Assembly: GCA_964511185.1 (NCBI GenBank)
Contig: CAZEDU010000001.1
Span: 1,741-65,740 of the forward strand
Direction: 5' to 3'
Source: an uncultured Myxococcaceae bacterium
GTDB taxonomy: Bacteria > Myxococcota > Myxococcia > Myxococcales > Myxococcaceae
DNA length: 64,000 bases
Shown: positions 28,626 through 39,019 of the stretch, piece after piece
Layout of the letters: the number at the start of each line of letters is the position of its first letter
Position numbering within the stretch: position 1 is the stretch's first letter
Made by a program: the position numbers and the translations under genes
The notes under the pieces: model-generated
Database searches by the model: none
What the model saw: the letters and a program-made list of their open reading frames with translations, nothing else
Told to the model about the DNA's origin: nothing

Positions 28626-29402
28626 CTACTGGCTCTGGCGATTCACCACGAGCTCGGCTTCGTTGCGACCCGACGTGGTCGCCAGCTCGACCTCGAGGTA
28701 GTACGCGCCGTCGACGATGGCGGGCCCGACCGTCGTGGGAAACTGGAGGCTCGAGACAGACGCCATCTCCTCGAGCTTTCCGGTCACCGGCTCATACCGA
28801 TGGAGGCGGAGCCTCACGGTGGGCGGCTTCGCGAAGCCGCCGGCGTCGGGCTTGGCCCAGTCGATGAGGAGCTGATCCTTCGCTTGGAGCGCCACCTCGA
28901 AGAACTCCTCGACGTTGTTGCAGAGCATGGGCTTGAAAGAGGTGGGGCTCATGGGCAGCGGGGCGGCGGTGAAGATGCTGTACGGCGCGCCATACCCGTC
29001 CACATCCGTCGGGCACCCGTCGACCAGGTACGACTGACACTCGAGCGTGTTGGTCGGGAGCGTCGCACACGCGGCGGCGCTCATCTGCTGCGCGCACGTC
29101 TGCGCGAGCGCCAGGTTGGCCATCGGGTAGTCCATGTAGCTCGCGCGGGTGTTCGCCCAGTCCTCGACGCACTTCTGCTGGGTGCTGCCGCACCAGCCCG
29201 GTGTGCACTCGCTCTGACAGTCGCTGAACAGGCGCGCGCAGTAGGCCTGGCCGACGACGCTGGCGGCGTTCACCACCTCGGATGAGCCGGGGACGTAGCT
29301 GCCCTTCGCCAAGGCGCCGCCGTCGGTGCTGCCGAGCGGCAAGGTGGTGTCACAGGCTTGGGTGATGCACATCAATCCCACACAGAACGCCTGCAGTCGC
29401 AT
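28626..29402 (-). CDS. Cys-rich lipoprotein with a C-terminal beta-sandwich-like domain
   Basis: Lipobox ITQAC, about 16 Cys in the first 130 aa and a C-terminal AYYLEVELATTSGRNEAELVV. Confidence 0.6.
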   Translation of the reverse strand: MRLQAFCVGLMCITQACDTTLPLGSTDGGALAKGSYVPGSSEVVNAASVVGQAYCARLFSDCQSECTPGWCGSTQQKCVEDWANTRASYMDYPMANLALAQTCAQQMSAAACATLPTNTLECQSYLVDGCPTDVDGYGAPYSIFTAAPLPMSPTSFKPMLCNNVEEFFEVALQAKDQLLIDWAKPDAGGFAKPPTVRLRLHRYEPVTGKLEEMASVSSLQFPTTVGPAIVDGAYYLEVELATTSGRNEAELVVNRQSQ

Positions 29403-29497
29403 GCCCGAACTCCCGTCGGATGAACCTACGCGAGTCCCGTTGGGCTCACCCTCCCGGCTCCATCAAAATTTCTCGCAACCCGAGGCGCTTTCGTCGC

Positions 29498-30550
29498 TCA
29501 CGTGCGCATGCGGAACCGGCGCTCGTCCTCGTGCGGCGGCGGCAACCCGCGGCTGGCGTGGTCGATGAGCCGCCACACCGCGGGCCCCAAGACGTCAATC
29601 TCCGTCGACGCGTAGTGCTCTCCGCCGAAGCGCCGCACGGTCTGGGTCTGCGCCTTCAGAATCCACACGTCCTGCCGCAGGATGCGCATCGCCACCGGCA
29701 TCACGAACGGCTTCACCAAGAAGTGCGGCAGCGGCAGCCGGAAGGTCACCACCGCGAACACCCGCAGCGAAAAGTCGTCGATCGGCGTGATGGCCGACGT
29801 GGTGATGAGGTGCGCTTGGCCCAGCCGGTACTCCACCTGGGCGATGCACGGCAGCAGGAACCGGTCGTAGTGCGTCACGGTGCCGCCCTGCGGAGCCAAT
29901 ATCTTCCCCACCAGCCCGCCCGGGCGCGGCTCGCCGACGTACTCGGCCTCGACCTCGGTCGGCCGCCTCCGCACCACCACCTCGATGTCGTTCTTCTTCT
30001 CCCGGGTGCGGAAGAGGCCGCCGTGCAGAAACGCGGTGTGCGGCACGTCGAGCGCGTTCTCCACGAACGCGTGCATCGTGCTCTCGGCGGTCAGCGTTCG
30101 CCGCACGCTGGAGTAGTCGGCGTCGCCGAGGTGCGGAAAGCGGTACGGCTCGTTCGCCGGCGCCTCCTCCGGCGTCGAGTAGACCCAGACGAAGCCTTCC
30201 TGCTCGCGCGTCGCGTACCGGGTCGCGCGGCGCGCCTTGCCGGCCGCCTCCGAGGTCAACCCCGGCACCGCGCGGCAGGCGCCGTCGGGGCCGAAGCGCC
30301 AGCCGTGGTACGCGCACTCGAGCTCGCCCTGGCGCACGGCGCCGAGCGACAACGGCACGTTCCGGTGCGGGCAGCGGTCCAAGAACGCCACCGGCGCGCC
30401 GGACGCGTCGCGAAAGAGCACCAGCGGCTCGCCCTGCACCGTTCGGGCGAGCGGCTCTCTTCCCAGCTGCGCGGAGGCGCACGCGATGAACCAGGCGCGA
30501 GGCAGCTTCGCGGTCGAGAAGCGACCGGTCGCTGGCCTCGCGTCGGTCAC
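29498..30550 (-). CDS. Rieske [2Fe-2S] non-haem iron oxygenase (PaO/KshA-like)
   Basis: Rieske motif CPHRNVPL...CAYHGWRF. The GTG start overlaps the upstream stop (GTGA 30547-30550). Confidence 0.85.
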   Translation of the reverse strand: MTDARPATGRFSTAKLPRAWFIACASAQLGREPLARTVQGEPLVLFRDASGAPVAFLDRCPHRNVPLSLGAVRQGELECAYHGWRFGPDGACRAVPGLTSEAAGKARRATRYATREQEGFVWVYSTPEEAPANEPYRFPHLGDADYSSVRRTLTAESTMHAFVENALDVPHTAFLHGGLFRTREKKNDIEVVVRRRPTEVEAEYVGEPRPGGLVGKILAPQGGTVTHYDRFLLPCIAQVEYRLGQAHLITTSAITPIDDFSLRVFAVVTFRLPLPHFLVKPFVMPVAMRILRQDVWILKAQTQTVRRFGGEHYASTEIDVLGPAVWRLIDHASRGLPPPHEDERRFRMRT

Positions 30551-30939
30551 GGCGCCACCAACCAGTCGAGCGCCTCGGCGCGCGTGCCGAACGTCCGGGT
30601 CTTGCCGCGCGCGCCGCTGCCGCGAAGCTCGGCGATGGCGATCGCGCTCGACACCACCATCCGCATGATGCCGTCGAGGCCCACCAGCGCCGCCTTGCGC
30701 ACGTGCGGATCCAGCGCGTTGCCGGCGTCGCGCCAGCGGTTGCCCAGCTCCCGGTCGTAGTGCGCGTTGGTCAAGTCGGTGAGCGTGAGCCCCTGGCCGG
30801 GCGGCTGCGACTTCACCAGCGCGACGTACTGCTCGAGGCAGCCCTCGACGTCCTGGCGCTCCTGCACGTTGCTCAAGTCGACCAGCACCACCGGTCGGTC
30901 CGCGTGGTGGATCAGCTGCACTCGTTCATGGGCGTTCAT
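30547..30939 (-). CDS. STAS/SpoIIAA-like small protein (tentative)
   Basis: 130 aa with alternating beta/alpha-like pattern (VVLVDLSNV..., KAALVGLDGIMRMVVSSAIAIA...FGTRAEALDWL). The family assignment is by resemblance only. Confidence 0.55.
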   Translation of the reverse strand: MNAHERVQLIHHADRPVVLVDLSNVQERQDVEGCLEQYVALVKSQPPGQGLTLTDLTNAHYDRELGNRWRDAGNALDPHVRKAALVGLDGIMRMVVSSAIAIAELRGSGARGKTRTFGTRAEALDWLVAP

Positions 30940-30964
30940 GGGAACTCCGGCGCGTGGTGTCGGC

Positions 30965-32722
30965 TCACTGCTCGAGCAGCATGTGCTCCATCTCGGTTCG
31001 GATGAACCGCTCGATCTCTTCGGCGGTCGAAAACTGCATGGCCTGGGTGAGCAGCTCGACCGCCTGGGTGCGCGTGACGCGGCGGATGATCTGCTTCACC
31101 ACCGGGATCTGCCCCGACGTCATCGACAGCTCCTCGAACCCCATCGCCAGGAGCACCAGGGAGTAGATGGGATCGCCGGCGACCTCGCCGCACATCGCGA
31201 CCGGGATGCGCGCGGCCTTCGCGGCCGAGACGATGTGCTGCAGCGTCCTGAGAATCGAAAGGTGGAGCGGCTTGTACAGGTACGCCACGTCCCGGTTCTG
31301 CCGGTCGATGGCCAACGAGTACTGCAAGAGGTCGTTGGTGCCGACCGAGAAGAAGTCCGCCTCGAGCGCCAGGCGGTCCGCCACCCAGGCGGCGGACGGG
31401 GTCTCGACCATGATGCCGATGGGGAAGCGCTTGCCGATCGGCACGCCCGCCCGGCCCAGCTCGCTGCGGCAGTGCTCGACCTCGCTGCGCGCCTCGCGCA
31501 GCTCCGACAGCCCCGAGATGAGCGGGAACATGATGCGCAGCTGCCCGTGCGCCGAGGCGCGCAGGAGCGCCCGCAGCTGAATGCGGAACAGCTCGCGGTG
31601 GTGCAGGCAGTAGCGAATCGCGCGGAGGCCGAGCGCCGGGTTCGGCTCCTTCTCGCCCTTCTTGCCCGGGATTTTGTCGCCGCCCAGGTCGAGCGTGCGG
31701 ATGGTCACCGGCCGGTCGCCCACCATCTCGAGCACCTGCCGGTAGTAGCGGTACTGCTCCTCCTCGGTCGGCGCCACCGGGCGGTCGAGGAAGAGGAACT
31801 CGGTGCGGAACAGGCCGATCCCCTCGGCGCCGTGGGCAAGCAGCGAGGGGATCTCCTCCGCGAACTCGATGTTGCCGTTGAGCTGGAGGCGAAAGCCGTC
31901 GAGCGACACGGCGGGCATGTCGCGCGTCTTGAGGGCGATCTCCTCGAACGCCTGGTGCTGGCGCATCGTCTCGCGGAAGAGCGCGAGCTGCTCCTCGGTG
32001 GGGTTGATCAACACCAGGCCCCGGGTGCCGTCGAGCGCGACCAGGTCGCCCGGGGAGATCTGCTCGGACGCGCGACCGGCGCCCACCACCGCCGGCGTCT
32101 CCCGCGCCCGCGCCACGATGGCGGTGTGGCTGGTCTGCCCGCCCAGGTCGGTGACGAAGCCGCGCACCCGCCCGGTCTTCACCAGCACCGCCGCGTCGGC
32201 CGGCGACAGCTCGTGCGCGACCACCACCGAGTCGACGGGCACCTCGACCTCCACGTCGACCGCCTGGCCCATCAGGTTGCGCACCACGCGGTCGGCCACG
32301 AAGTCGACGTCGGCCCGCCGCTCCCGGAAGTACTCGTCCGGGATGTTGTCGAACATGTGCTTGATCTTGCGCGCCACGCGGCGCACGGCCCACTCGGAGT
32401 TGATGTGGTCGCGCGAGATGAGCTTCTTCACCTCTTCGACGAACATCGGGTCGTGCAGCATGAGCCGGTGCGCCTCGAGGATGAGCGCGTGGTCGTGCCC
32501 GTCGCCCGAGGCGAGCCGGTCCTTGATGTCGACCAGCTGCGTGTCCGACAGCTCGAGGGCGGTCTGAAACCGCGCCAGCTCCTGCGTCGCCTCTTCGTCG
32601 GTGAGCCGCAGCTTGGGCGTGCGGACGCGCTTGCGGTCGATGACGAACGCGCGGCCCACCGCGACGCCGGGGCTGGCGCCGATGCCTTGAAACGACAGGG
32701 TGGGGGTCGCTTGTATGCTCAT
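30965..32722 (-). CDS. ptsI: PTS enzyme I (PEP-protein phosphotransferase)
   Basis: GIGASPGVAVG, GGQTSHTAIVARA, FFSVGTNDLLQY; 585 aa. Confidence 0.95.
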   Translation of the reverse strand: MSIQATPTLSFQGIGASPGVAVGRAFVIDRKRVRTPKLRLTDEEATQELARFQTALELSDTQLVDIKDRLASGDGHDHALILEAHRLMLHDPMFVEEVKKLISRDHINSEWAVRRVARKIKHMFDNIPDEYFRERRADVDFVADRVVRNLMGQAVDVEVEVPVDSVVVAHELSPADAAVLVKTGRVRGFVTDLGGQTSHTAIVARARETPAVVGAGRASEQISPGDLVALDGTRGLVLINPTEEQLALFRETMRQHQAFEEIALKTRDMPAVSLDGFRLQLNGNIEFAEEIPSLLAHGAEGIGLFRTEFLFLDRPVAPTEEEQYRYYRQVLEMVGDRPVTIRTLDLGGDKIPGKKGEKEPNPALGLRAIRYCLHHRELFRIQLRALLRASAHGQLRIMFPLISGLSELREARSEVEHCRSELGRAGVPIGKRFPIGIMVETPSAAWVADRLALEADFFSVGTNDLLQYSLAIDRQNRDVAYLYKPLHLSILRTLQHIVSAAKAARIPVAMCGEVAGDPIYSLVLLAMGFEELSMTSGQIPVVKQIIRRVTRTQAVELLTQAMQFSTAEEIERFIRTEMEHMLLEQ

Positions 32723-32726
32723 GCCG

Positions 32727-33005
32727 CTAGCTCGGCTCGCCGAAGCGGTTGGCGATCAACGCGGCCAGATCCTGCAAGCAGGCCTTCGCGTCGTCGCCTT
32801 CGCACCGAATCGTCACCCGCATGCCCTGGGCGGCCGCGAGCATCAGCACGCCCATGATGGACTTGCCGTTGACCTTCTGACCATCGCACGCCACCTGCAC
32901 GTCGCACTTGTACTGGTTGGCGACCTTCACCAGCTGGGCGGCCGCCCGGGCGTGCAGGCCCAAGGCATTGATGATGTCGTACTCCCCCTCCGCGACGTTG
33001 CCCAT
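32727..33005 (-). CDS. ptsH: Phosphocarrier protein HPr
   Basis: NALGLHARAAAQLV carries the His-15 equivalent and GKSIMGVLML the Ser-46 equivalent, which is the HprK target. Confidence 0.9.
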   Translation of the reverse strand: MGNVAEGEYDIINALGLHARAAAQLVKVANQYKCDVQVACDGQKVNGKSIMGVLMLAAAQGMRVTIRCEGDDAKACLQDLAALIANRFGEPS

Positions 33006-33018
33006 GCCATTGCCCCCG

Positions 33019-33786
33019 CTACAGAAACGCTCCGGCCACCCCCGCCAACAAGGCCGCTAGGTATATCAGCGCATAGCGGCTCACCCCGCGACCGACCAAG
33101 TAGTAGCTCAGCGCGCCCAGCGCCAAGCAACCGAACGCCAGCGCGGGGCCGATGATCCGCCCGCCCTCGTTCCGCCCGAACAACACCGCCAGGTACGCCG
33201 CCAGTCCCCCCGCGCAGGTGGCCGCCAGCGACCGCAGCCGGGCGCCCCGCTTGGGCAGCTCCGCCTTGGGCAGGACCTCCACCAGCCGATCGCCGAGCCG
33301 CAGGCCCAGGGAGAAGAGCCGCGCGCGCATCCAGAAGTGAACGGTGTTGTAGAGCGCCAGGAAGAGCAGCGCGGCCCAGGCGCCCAAGAAAGGCGTGAGC
33401 GCCGCGCACAGCGCGCCGACCGCGGGCTTGAGCGAGAGCCAGAAGAAGCCGTCGCCCAGCGCCGCCAGCGGCCCCATCAACGCCGCCTTGAACGCCGCCA
33501 CGCGCTCGGGCCCTTCCTCCCCGCGCGCGATGCGCACCTCGTGGAACAGCACGCCGCCGACGATGGCCGCCGCCGCGTAGGGGTGGGTGTTGAAGAAGGT
33601 CAGGTGCCTGGCCACCGCGCGCTGCTGCGCCTCGGGGCTTGGGTAGATGACCTTCAGCGCCGGGTACACGGCGTACGCGAGCCCCAGGCTCTGCATGTCG
33701 CGCGGGTTCCACGCCGCCTGCAGAAAGAGCGACCGCATGAAGACGCGCAGCAACAGCAAGCGCGGCAGCGTGCGGCGCGCGCTCAC
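33019..33786 (-). CDS. PTS mannose-family EIID component
   Basis: RVFMRSLFLQAAWNPRDMQSLGLAYA and FFNTHPYAAAAIVGGV. The GTG start overlaps the EIIC stop (GTGA). Confidence 0.85.
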   Translation of the reverse strand: MSARRTLPRLLLLRVFMRSLFLQAAWNPRDMQSLGLAYAVYPALKVIYPSPEAQQRAVARHLTFFNTHPYAAAAIVGGVLFHEVRIARGEEGPERVAAFKAALMGPLAALGDGFFWLSLKPAVGALCAALTPFLGAWAALLFLALYNTVHFWMRARLFSLGLRLGDRLVEVLPKAELPKRGARLRSLAATCAGGLAAYLAVLFGRNEGGRIIGPALAFGCLALGALSYYLVGRGVSRYALIYLAALLAGVAGAFL

Positions 33787-34499
33787 CACAGGGTGCCTCC
33801 GGTGTTCCACTGCAGCACGCTCAGGCCCGCCACCAGCCCGGCGGCGGCCAGCGCGAACCGGCCCGCGTGCTGCGCGTGCGAGCCCCGCACCGCCAGCGCC
33901 GCCGCCACCGACGCCATCGCGGGGTAGGCCCACGCGAGGCCGCGCAAGAGCACCCCAGGCAGCCGCGCCTCGTACGGCGCGAGCAGGTAGCCCAAGCCGG
34001 CGGCGAGCGCGCTCAGGCAGCCGAAGACGACGAAGTGCGGCCACATGCCGAAGAGGTTGAGCCGGAGCGCGTGCTTCAAGTCCCCGCGGCCCACCGACGC
34101 GATGGCCTGGCTGCCCAGGTGCGCGGTGTAGCGCTCGAGCCAGCGCTCCAACCTTCGGCCCAGCTGGCCGGCGGGGAGGAACAAGAGAATCGCGAGCGAC
34201 CAGATGGCGGGCGTGCCGCCTCCGGCGACGTTGGACATCGCCGCGGCGAAGGCGGCGCTCGAGGTCGCCGCGACGGTGTCGTTGTCCGGCAGCACCGCGC
34301 CCAGGCTCGCGACGCCCAGGTGGAACAACTCGAGCAGCAGGCCGATGTAGAGGCCGGATTCGACGTCCTCGAGCAGAAGGCCCATTCCGGTGGCGGCCAC
34401 CAGCGGGCGCGAGAACATGGCCTGCAGGAACGCGCGCCGCTCGAGCGACAGCAGGCCGCCCCAGACGCCGGCCAAGGCGACGTGAGCCCAGATGACCAT
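33783..34499 (-). CDS. PTS mannose-family EIIC component
   Basis: A polytopic 238-aa protein (LLSLERRAFLQAMFSRPLVAATGMGLLL...) in the position between EIIB and EIID. Confidence 0.85.
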   Translation of the reverse strand: MVIWAHVALAGVWGGLLSLERRAFLQAMFSRPLVAATGMGLLLEDVESGLYIGLLLELFHLGVASLGAVLPDNDTVAATSSAAFAAAMSNVAGGGTPAIWSLAILLFLPAGQLGRRLERWLERYTAHLGSQAIASVGRGDLKHALRLNLFGMWPHFVVFGCLSALAAGLGYLLAPYEARLPGVLLRGLAWAYPAMASVAAALAVRGSHAQHAGRFALAAAGLVAGLSVLQWNTGGTLW

Positions 34500-34556
34500 C
34501 GCGGGCTATCTTGTGCGCAATGGGGAGCGCTGGCGAGGAAAGGGTGGGCCTTCCCT

Positions 34557-35039
34557 TCACGCCCGCTCGAACCGGTTCTGCATCTCGCTCAAGTCGATCG
34601 GCCGGTCGCTCGGCACCGCGCGGGCCTCGACCTGCGCGCCCTCTTCTTTCATCCGCTTGAGCGACTCCATCTCGTCGGGCGAGAGGAACACCGACGGCGA
34701 CACCTGCTTCTTCCCGGTCCCGAAGTGCACGTTGCCCAAGTTGACCTGAGAGAGCTTGAGGCCGCGCTGCACCGCCGCGGTGAGGCTCGCCAGGTCTTTG
34801 ACGAGCAAGAGCGTCTTCTCCGAGTCGGCGGCGAGCTCCGAGAAGTCGGCGTCGCCCACCTTGAGCAGGGACACCCGCACGCTGGAAGGGACCGCCAGCC
34901 CCATCGCGGCGCGGATGAGCGGGCTCTGCGCGGCCTCGTCGTCCACCACCACCACCCGCGCCACCTTCAAGTGGGGCAGCCACGCCTCCACCACCTGTCC
35001 GTGGATCAGCCGGTTGTCGACGCGCACGAGAGAGATCAC
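34557..35039 (-). CDS. PTS mannose-family EIIB component
   Basis: VISLVRVDNRLIHGQVVEAW contains the phospho-His motif. The GTG start overlaps the EIIA stop (GTGA). Confidence 0.85.
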   Translation of the reverse strand: MISLVRVDNRLIHGQVVEAWLPHLKVARVVVVDDEAAQSPLIRAAMGLAVPSSVRVSLLKVGDADFSELAADSEKTLLLVKDLASLTAAVQRGLKLSQVNLGNVHFGTGKKQVSPSVFLSPDEMESLKRMKEEGAQVEARAVPSDRPIDLSEMQNRFERA

Positions 35040-35479
35040 GAGGAACGCCTTTTCGACGGGTGTGAGCGCGGTGGGGTCGCGTCCCGGAGCATGGCCGAGG
35101 CGCAACAGATGTTCTTCTGGGCGTACTGCATCAGCTCCTGGGCGAGCTGGGGCAGCGGCAACGACTCGCTGCGCAGGGCGTTGGCCTTGAGCAGCATCGG
35201 CAGGTTGACGCCGGTCAGCACCTCGAGCGGGAGGTTGTCGCACAGCGCGAGCGACTGGTTGCAGGGCGTTCCCCCGATGAGGTCGGCGAGGAGGATGACG
35301 CCGTCACCGGTCGACACGGCCTGCACGGCCTTCCTGACCTCATCGCGGATGAACTCGGCGGAGGCGCCGGGCGCGACGTGGCAGGTCGCGACCGAGGGCA
35401 TTTTTCCGACGATCTGCTCCGCGGTCGAGACCAGCTCGTCCGCGAGCCTTCCATGGGTGGCGACGACGATGCCGACCAT
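35036..35479 (-). CDS. PTS mannose-family EIIA component
   Basis: MVGIVVATHGRLADEL carries the active His, followed by LADLIGGTPCN. Confidence 0.85.
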   Translation of the reverse strand: MVGIVVATHGRLADELVSTAEQIVGKMPSVATCHVAPGASAEFIRDEVRKAVQAVSTGDGVILLADLIGGTPCNQSLALCDNLPLEVLTGVNLPMLLKANALRSESLPLPQLAQELMQYAQKNICCASAMLRDATPPRSHPSKRRSS

Positions 35480-35587
35480 GCTCCGTCCTCCTGCCCCCCG
35501 GAGAGACATTCCCTTCTCCGCCCAAGTATCCCCGTTCCCCTACCCGCGCAACCTTTGGGACCAGGGCTTGGAAAACAGCCGTCTCTA

Positions 35588-36447
35588 TCACTCCTTGTCG
35601 AGATCTCGGTGCCACACCTGCACCCGCCCCGTTGGCCCACTTAAGCGCCGACTGAGCGCCTCGGCGATCGCGACCGACCGGTGCTTGCCGCCGGTGCAGC
35701 CCAGGGCGACCGTCAGGTAGGCCTTTCCTTCCTTTTGGTACCGCGGAAAGAGGAACCCGCAGAGGTCGACGATGCGGTCCAGGAAATCCTGCGTGTCGGG
35801 CCGCTCGAGCACGTACGCGGCGACCTTCGGGTCCTGCCCGGTGAGCCCGCGCATCTCGGGCACGAAGTAGGGGTTGGGCAGGAAGCGGACGTCGAAGACC
35901 AAGTCCGCCTGCGGCGGCACGCCGTAGCGGTAGCCGAACGAGAGCACCGAGAGGCTGGGCGCGTTGGCGGGCTCGGTGGAGAAGCGCGCCTGCACCAGCC
36001 GCTTCAGGTCGTGCACGTTGAGCGCCGAGGTGTCGATGACCTGATCCGACAGCTCGCGCAGGTCGCGCAGCGCCTCGCGCTCGCGCTGGATGCCCTGGGC
36101 CACGCTCCCGTCGGGCGCGAGCGGGTGGCGGCGGCGCGTCTCGGAGAAGCGGCGGATCAGCGAGTCGTCGCTCGAGTCGAGGAAGAGCACCTCGACCTGG
36201 TGCCCCGCGCGGCGCGCCTCGTCGATGACCCGCGGCGCGTCTTTCAGGAACGCGCCTTCCCGCGCGTCGACCACCAGCGCGAGCCGGCCGTGCGCGCCCG
36301 ACCAGCCGACCAGCTCGGTCAGCTTCGGCAACAGGAGCACCGGCAGGTTGTCGATACAGAAGAAGCCGGCGTCTTCCAGCGCGCGGATGGCGGTCGACTT
36401 CCCCGAGCCCGACATGCCGGTGATGACCACGATTTGGCGCTCGGCGC

Positions 36448-36451
<4 letters not shown>
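35588..36451 (-). CDS. rapZ: RNase adapter / nucleotide-binding protein RapZ (YvcJ family)
   Basis: [30 protein letters not shown] and C-terminal [10 protein letters not shown]. Confidence 0.9.
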
Positions 36452-37413
<962 letters not shown>

Positions 37414-37450
37414 GCCAAGTGGAGGGGATATCACGTACAAGGCGGAGGCG

Positions 37451-38968
37451 ATGAGCGTTCCGGGCCAGGGCAGCGCGGCGAGCGAGCCGCAGACTCCGAC
37501 GGGTGAGCCAGCGGCGGCGTCCGCGCCGGCCAGCGGCCCGGCCACCGAGCTGCTCGAGCGCCGGGCGGGGCTGTGGCTGCTCGCCCTCTCCGTCGTGTTG
37601 GGCGCGGCGCTGCGCATTCAGCTCGCGCTGACCGACGACGGCATCTTCTGGCCCGACGAGATTTTCCAAAGCTTCGAGCCCGCCCACCGCGCGGTCTTCG
37701 GCTACGGGCTCATCCCCTGGGAGTTCATCGACGGCGCGCGCAACTGGACGCTGCCGGGGATCGTCGCGCTGCTCTTGAAGCTCTGCGCGCTGCTGGGGCT
37801 CGACCAGCCGGCGTTCTACGTGCGCGCGGTGAAGGTGTTCTTCGGGCTGACCGGCGCGCTCACCGCCTGGGCGGTCTACGTGCTCGCGCGGGCGCACAAC
37901 GTCAAAGAGCTGCCGTCGGCCGTGGGCGCCGCGCTCTTCGCGCTGGCCGGGCCGATGATCTACTTCGGCCCGCGGGTGATGAGCGAGACCGCCTGCGCGC
38001 TCCCCGTCGCGGCGGGCTTCGCGCTCGCGCTGCGCCGAAACCCGCGCATCACGCTGGGCGCCTCGCTGGTCGGCCTGGGCGTGTTGCTGCGGCTCCAGGC
38101 GGGCGTCTTCGCGCTCGGCCTGGTGATCATTCTCTTGCGCCGCCGGCAATGGAAGAACGCCGCGCGCGCGACGTGGACGCTCACGGTCTGGGCGCTGGTG
38201 TTCGGCGCGATGGACCGGCTGACCTGGGGCGGCTGGTTCCACTCCGCGGTGCAGTACGTGAACTTCAATCTCATCGAGGGCAAGGCGAGCGGCTGGGGCA
38301 CGGCGCCCTGGAGCTTCTACGCCGAGCACCTGTACCGCTCGATGCCGCTCGTCACCCTCGCGCTCCTGGTGCTCAGCCTGCTCGCGGTGCGGCGCGCGTG
38401 GGGCCTGTTCATCGCCGCGTTCGGTTTCATCGTGCTGCACGCGTTCGTGCCGCACAAAGAGCTGCGCTTCGTGTTGCCCGCGCTGCCGCTGGTGTGCGCG
38501 CTCGCGGGCATCGGGCTCGCGCAGCTGCCGCGCCGCTTCACGCGCTCCGCGGCGGCGGCGGTGGTCGTGGTGGCGCTCGTCTCGGGGCTCGGGGTCTCGC
38601 GGCTGACGTTCGGCGACTTGGGTCAGTACCCCGAGCGGCCGCAGGCGAGCGCGCTCGACGACTTCGGCCCGGTGAATCGGCTGCTGCTCGCCGCGCACGA
38701 ACAGGCGGACCTGTGCGGGCTGCGCATCGACGTCGCCCACCTGGCCTGGACCGGGGGCCACACGTATCTGCACCGGCGGGTGCCGCTCTACCATTTGGGT
38801 CAGCCGCCGTTCTCCGCCGGGACCTTCAACTACGTCCTCGCGGCGGTCGGCCCCGCGTATCCGGGAGAGGTGATCGCGCGCGACGTGAGGAACCCCGCCA
38901 TCGCGCTCGTTCGGCTCTCGCCTGGCCCCTGCAAGCCGGACTTGAGCTACTCCTGGCGGCTGCCTTGA
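37451..38968 (+). CDS. GT22-like (ALG9/PIG-B-type) polyprenyl-phosphate-mannose-dependent mannosyltransferase
   Basis: A polytopic protein with FWPDEIFQSFEPAH in the first loop and FVPHKELRF, which matches the HKExRF signature of GT22 enzymes. The start is uncertain (ATG 37412 or 37451). Confidence 0.75.
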   Translation: MSVPGQGSAASEPQTPTGEPAAASAPASGPATELLERRAGLWLLALSVVLGAALRIQLALTDDGIFWPDEIFQSFEPAHRAVFGYGLIPWEFIDGARNWTLPGIVALLLKLCALLGLDQPAFYVRAVKVFFGLTGALTAWAVYVLARAHNVKELPSAVGAALFALAGPMIYFGPRVMSETACALPVAAGFALALRRNPRITLGASLVGLGVLLRLQAGVFALGLVIILLRRRQWKNAARATWTLTVWALVFGAMDRLTWGGWFHSAVQYVNFNLIEGKASGWGTAPWSFYAEHLYRSMPLVTLALLVLSLLAVRRAWGLFIAAFGFIVLHAFVPHKELRFVLPALPLVCALAGIGLAQLPRRFTRSAAAAVVVVALVSGLGVSRLTFGDLGQYPERPQASALDDFGPVNRLLLAAHEQADLCGLRIDVAHLAWTGGHTYLHRRVPLYHLGQPPFSAGTFNYVLAAVGPAYPGEVIARDVRNPAIALVRLSPGPCKPDLSYSWRLP

Positions 38969-39019
38969 GGCGGTTGTTTCTCCTAGTCATGAAGCGCTGC
39001 GTCACTACAATGGCGGCGC

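Noticed and set aside
27214-28701. 495-aa plus-strand ORF starting exactly at the repeat core, and the shared peptide MAGHVRRFK in both repeat copies
   Set aside because: The shared peptide comes only from the identical 26 nt. The frames diverge immediately afterwards (24 aa in copy A), and the long ORF is antisense to the PQQ dehydrogenase gene.
33019-34983. Very long N-terminal extensions of ORF-track entries (33019-34983, 46316-49012, 48052-49875, 49065-51185, 42961-44340, 3005-4618, 656-2413 and others)
   Set aside because: The upstream parts are off-frame read-through across the preceding gene and are Arg/Ala/Gly/Pro-rich. In every case a start codon overlapping or just after the upstream stop gives a protein with a proper N-terminus (signal peptide or family-typical start).
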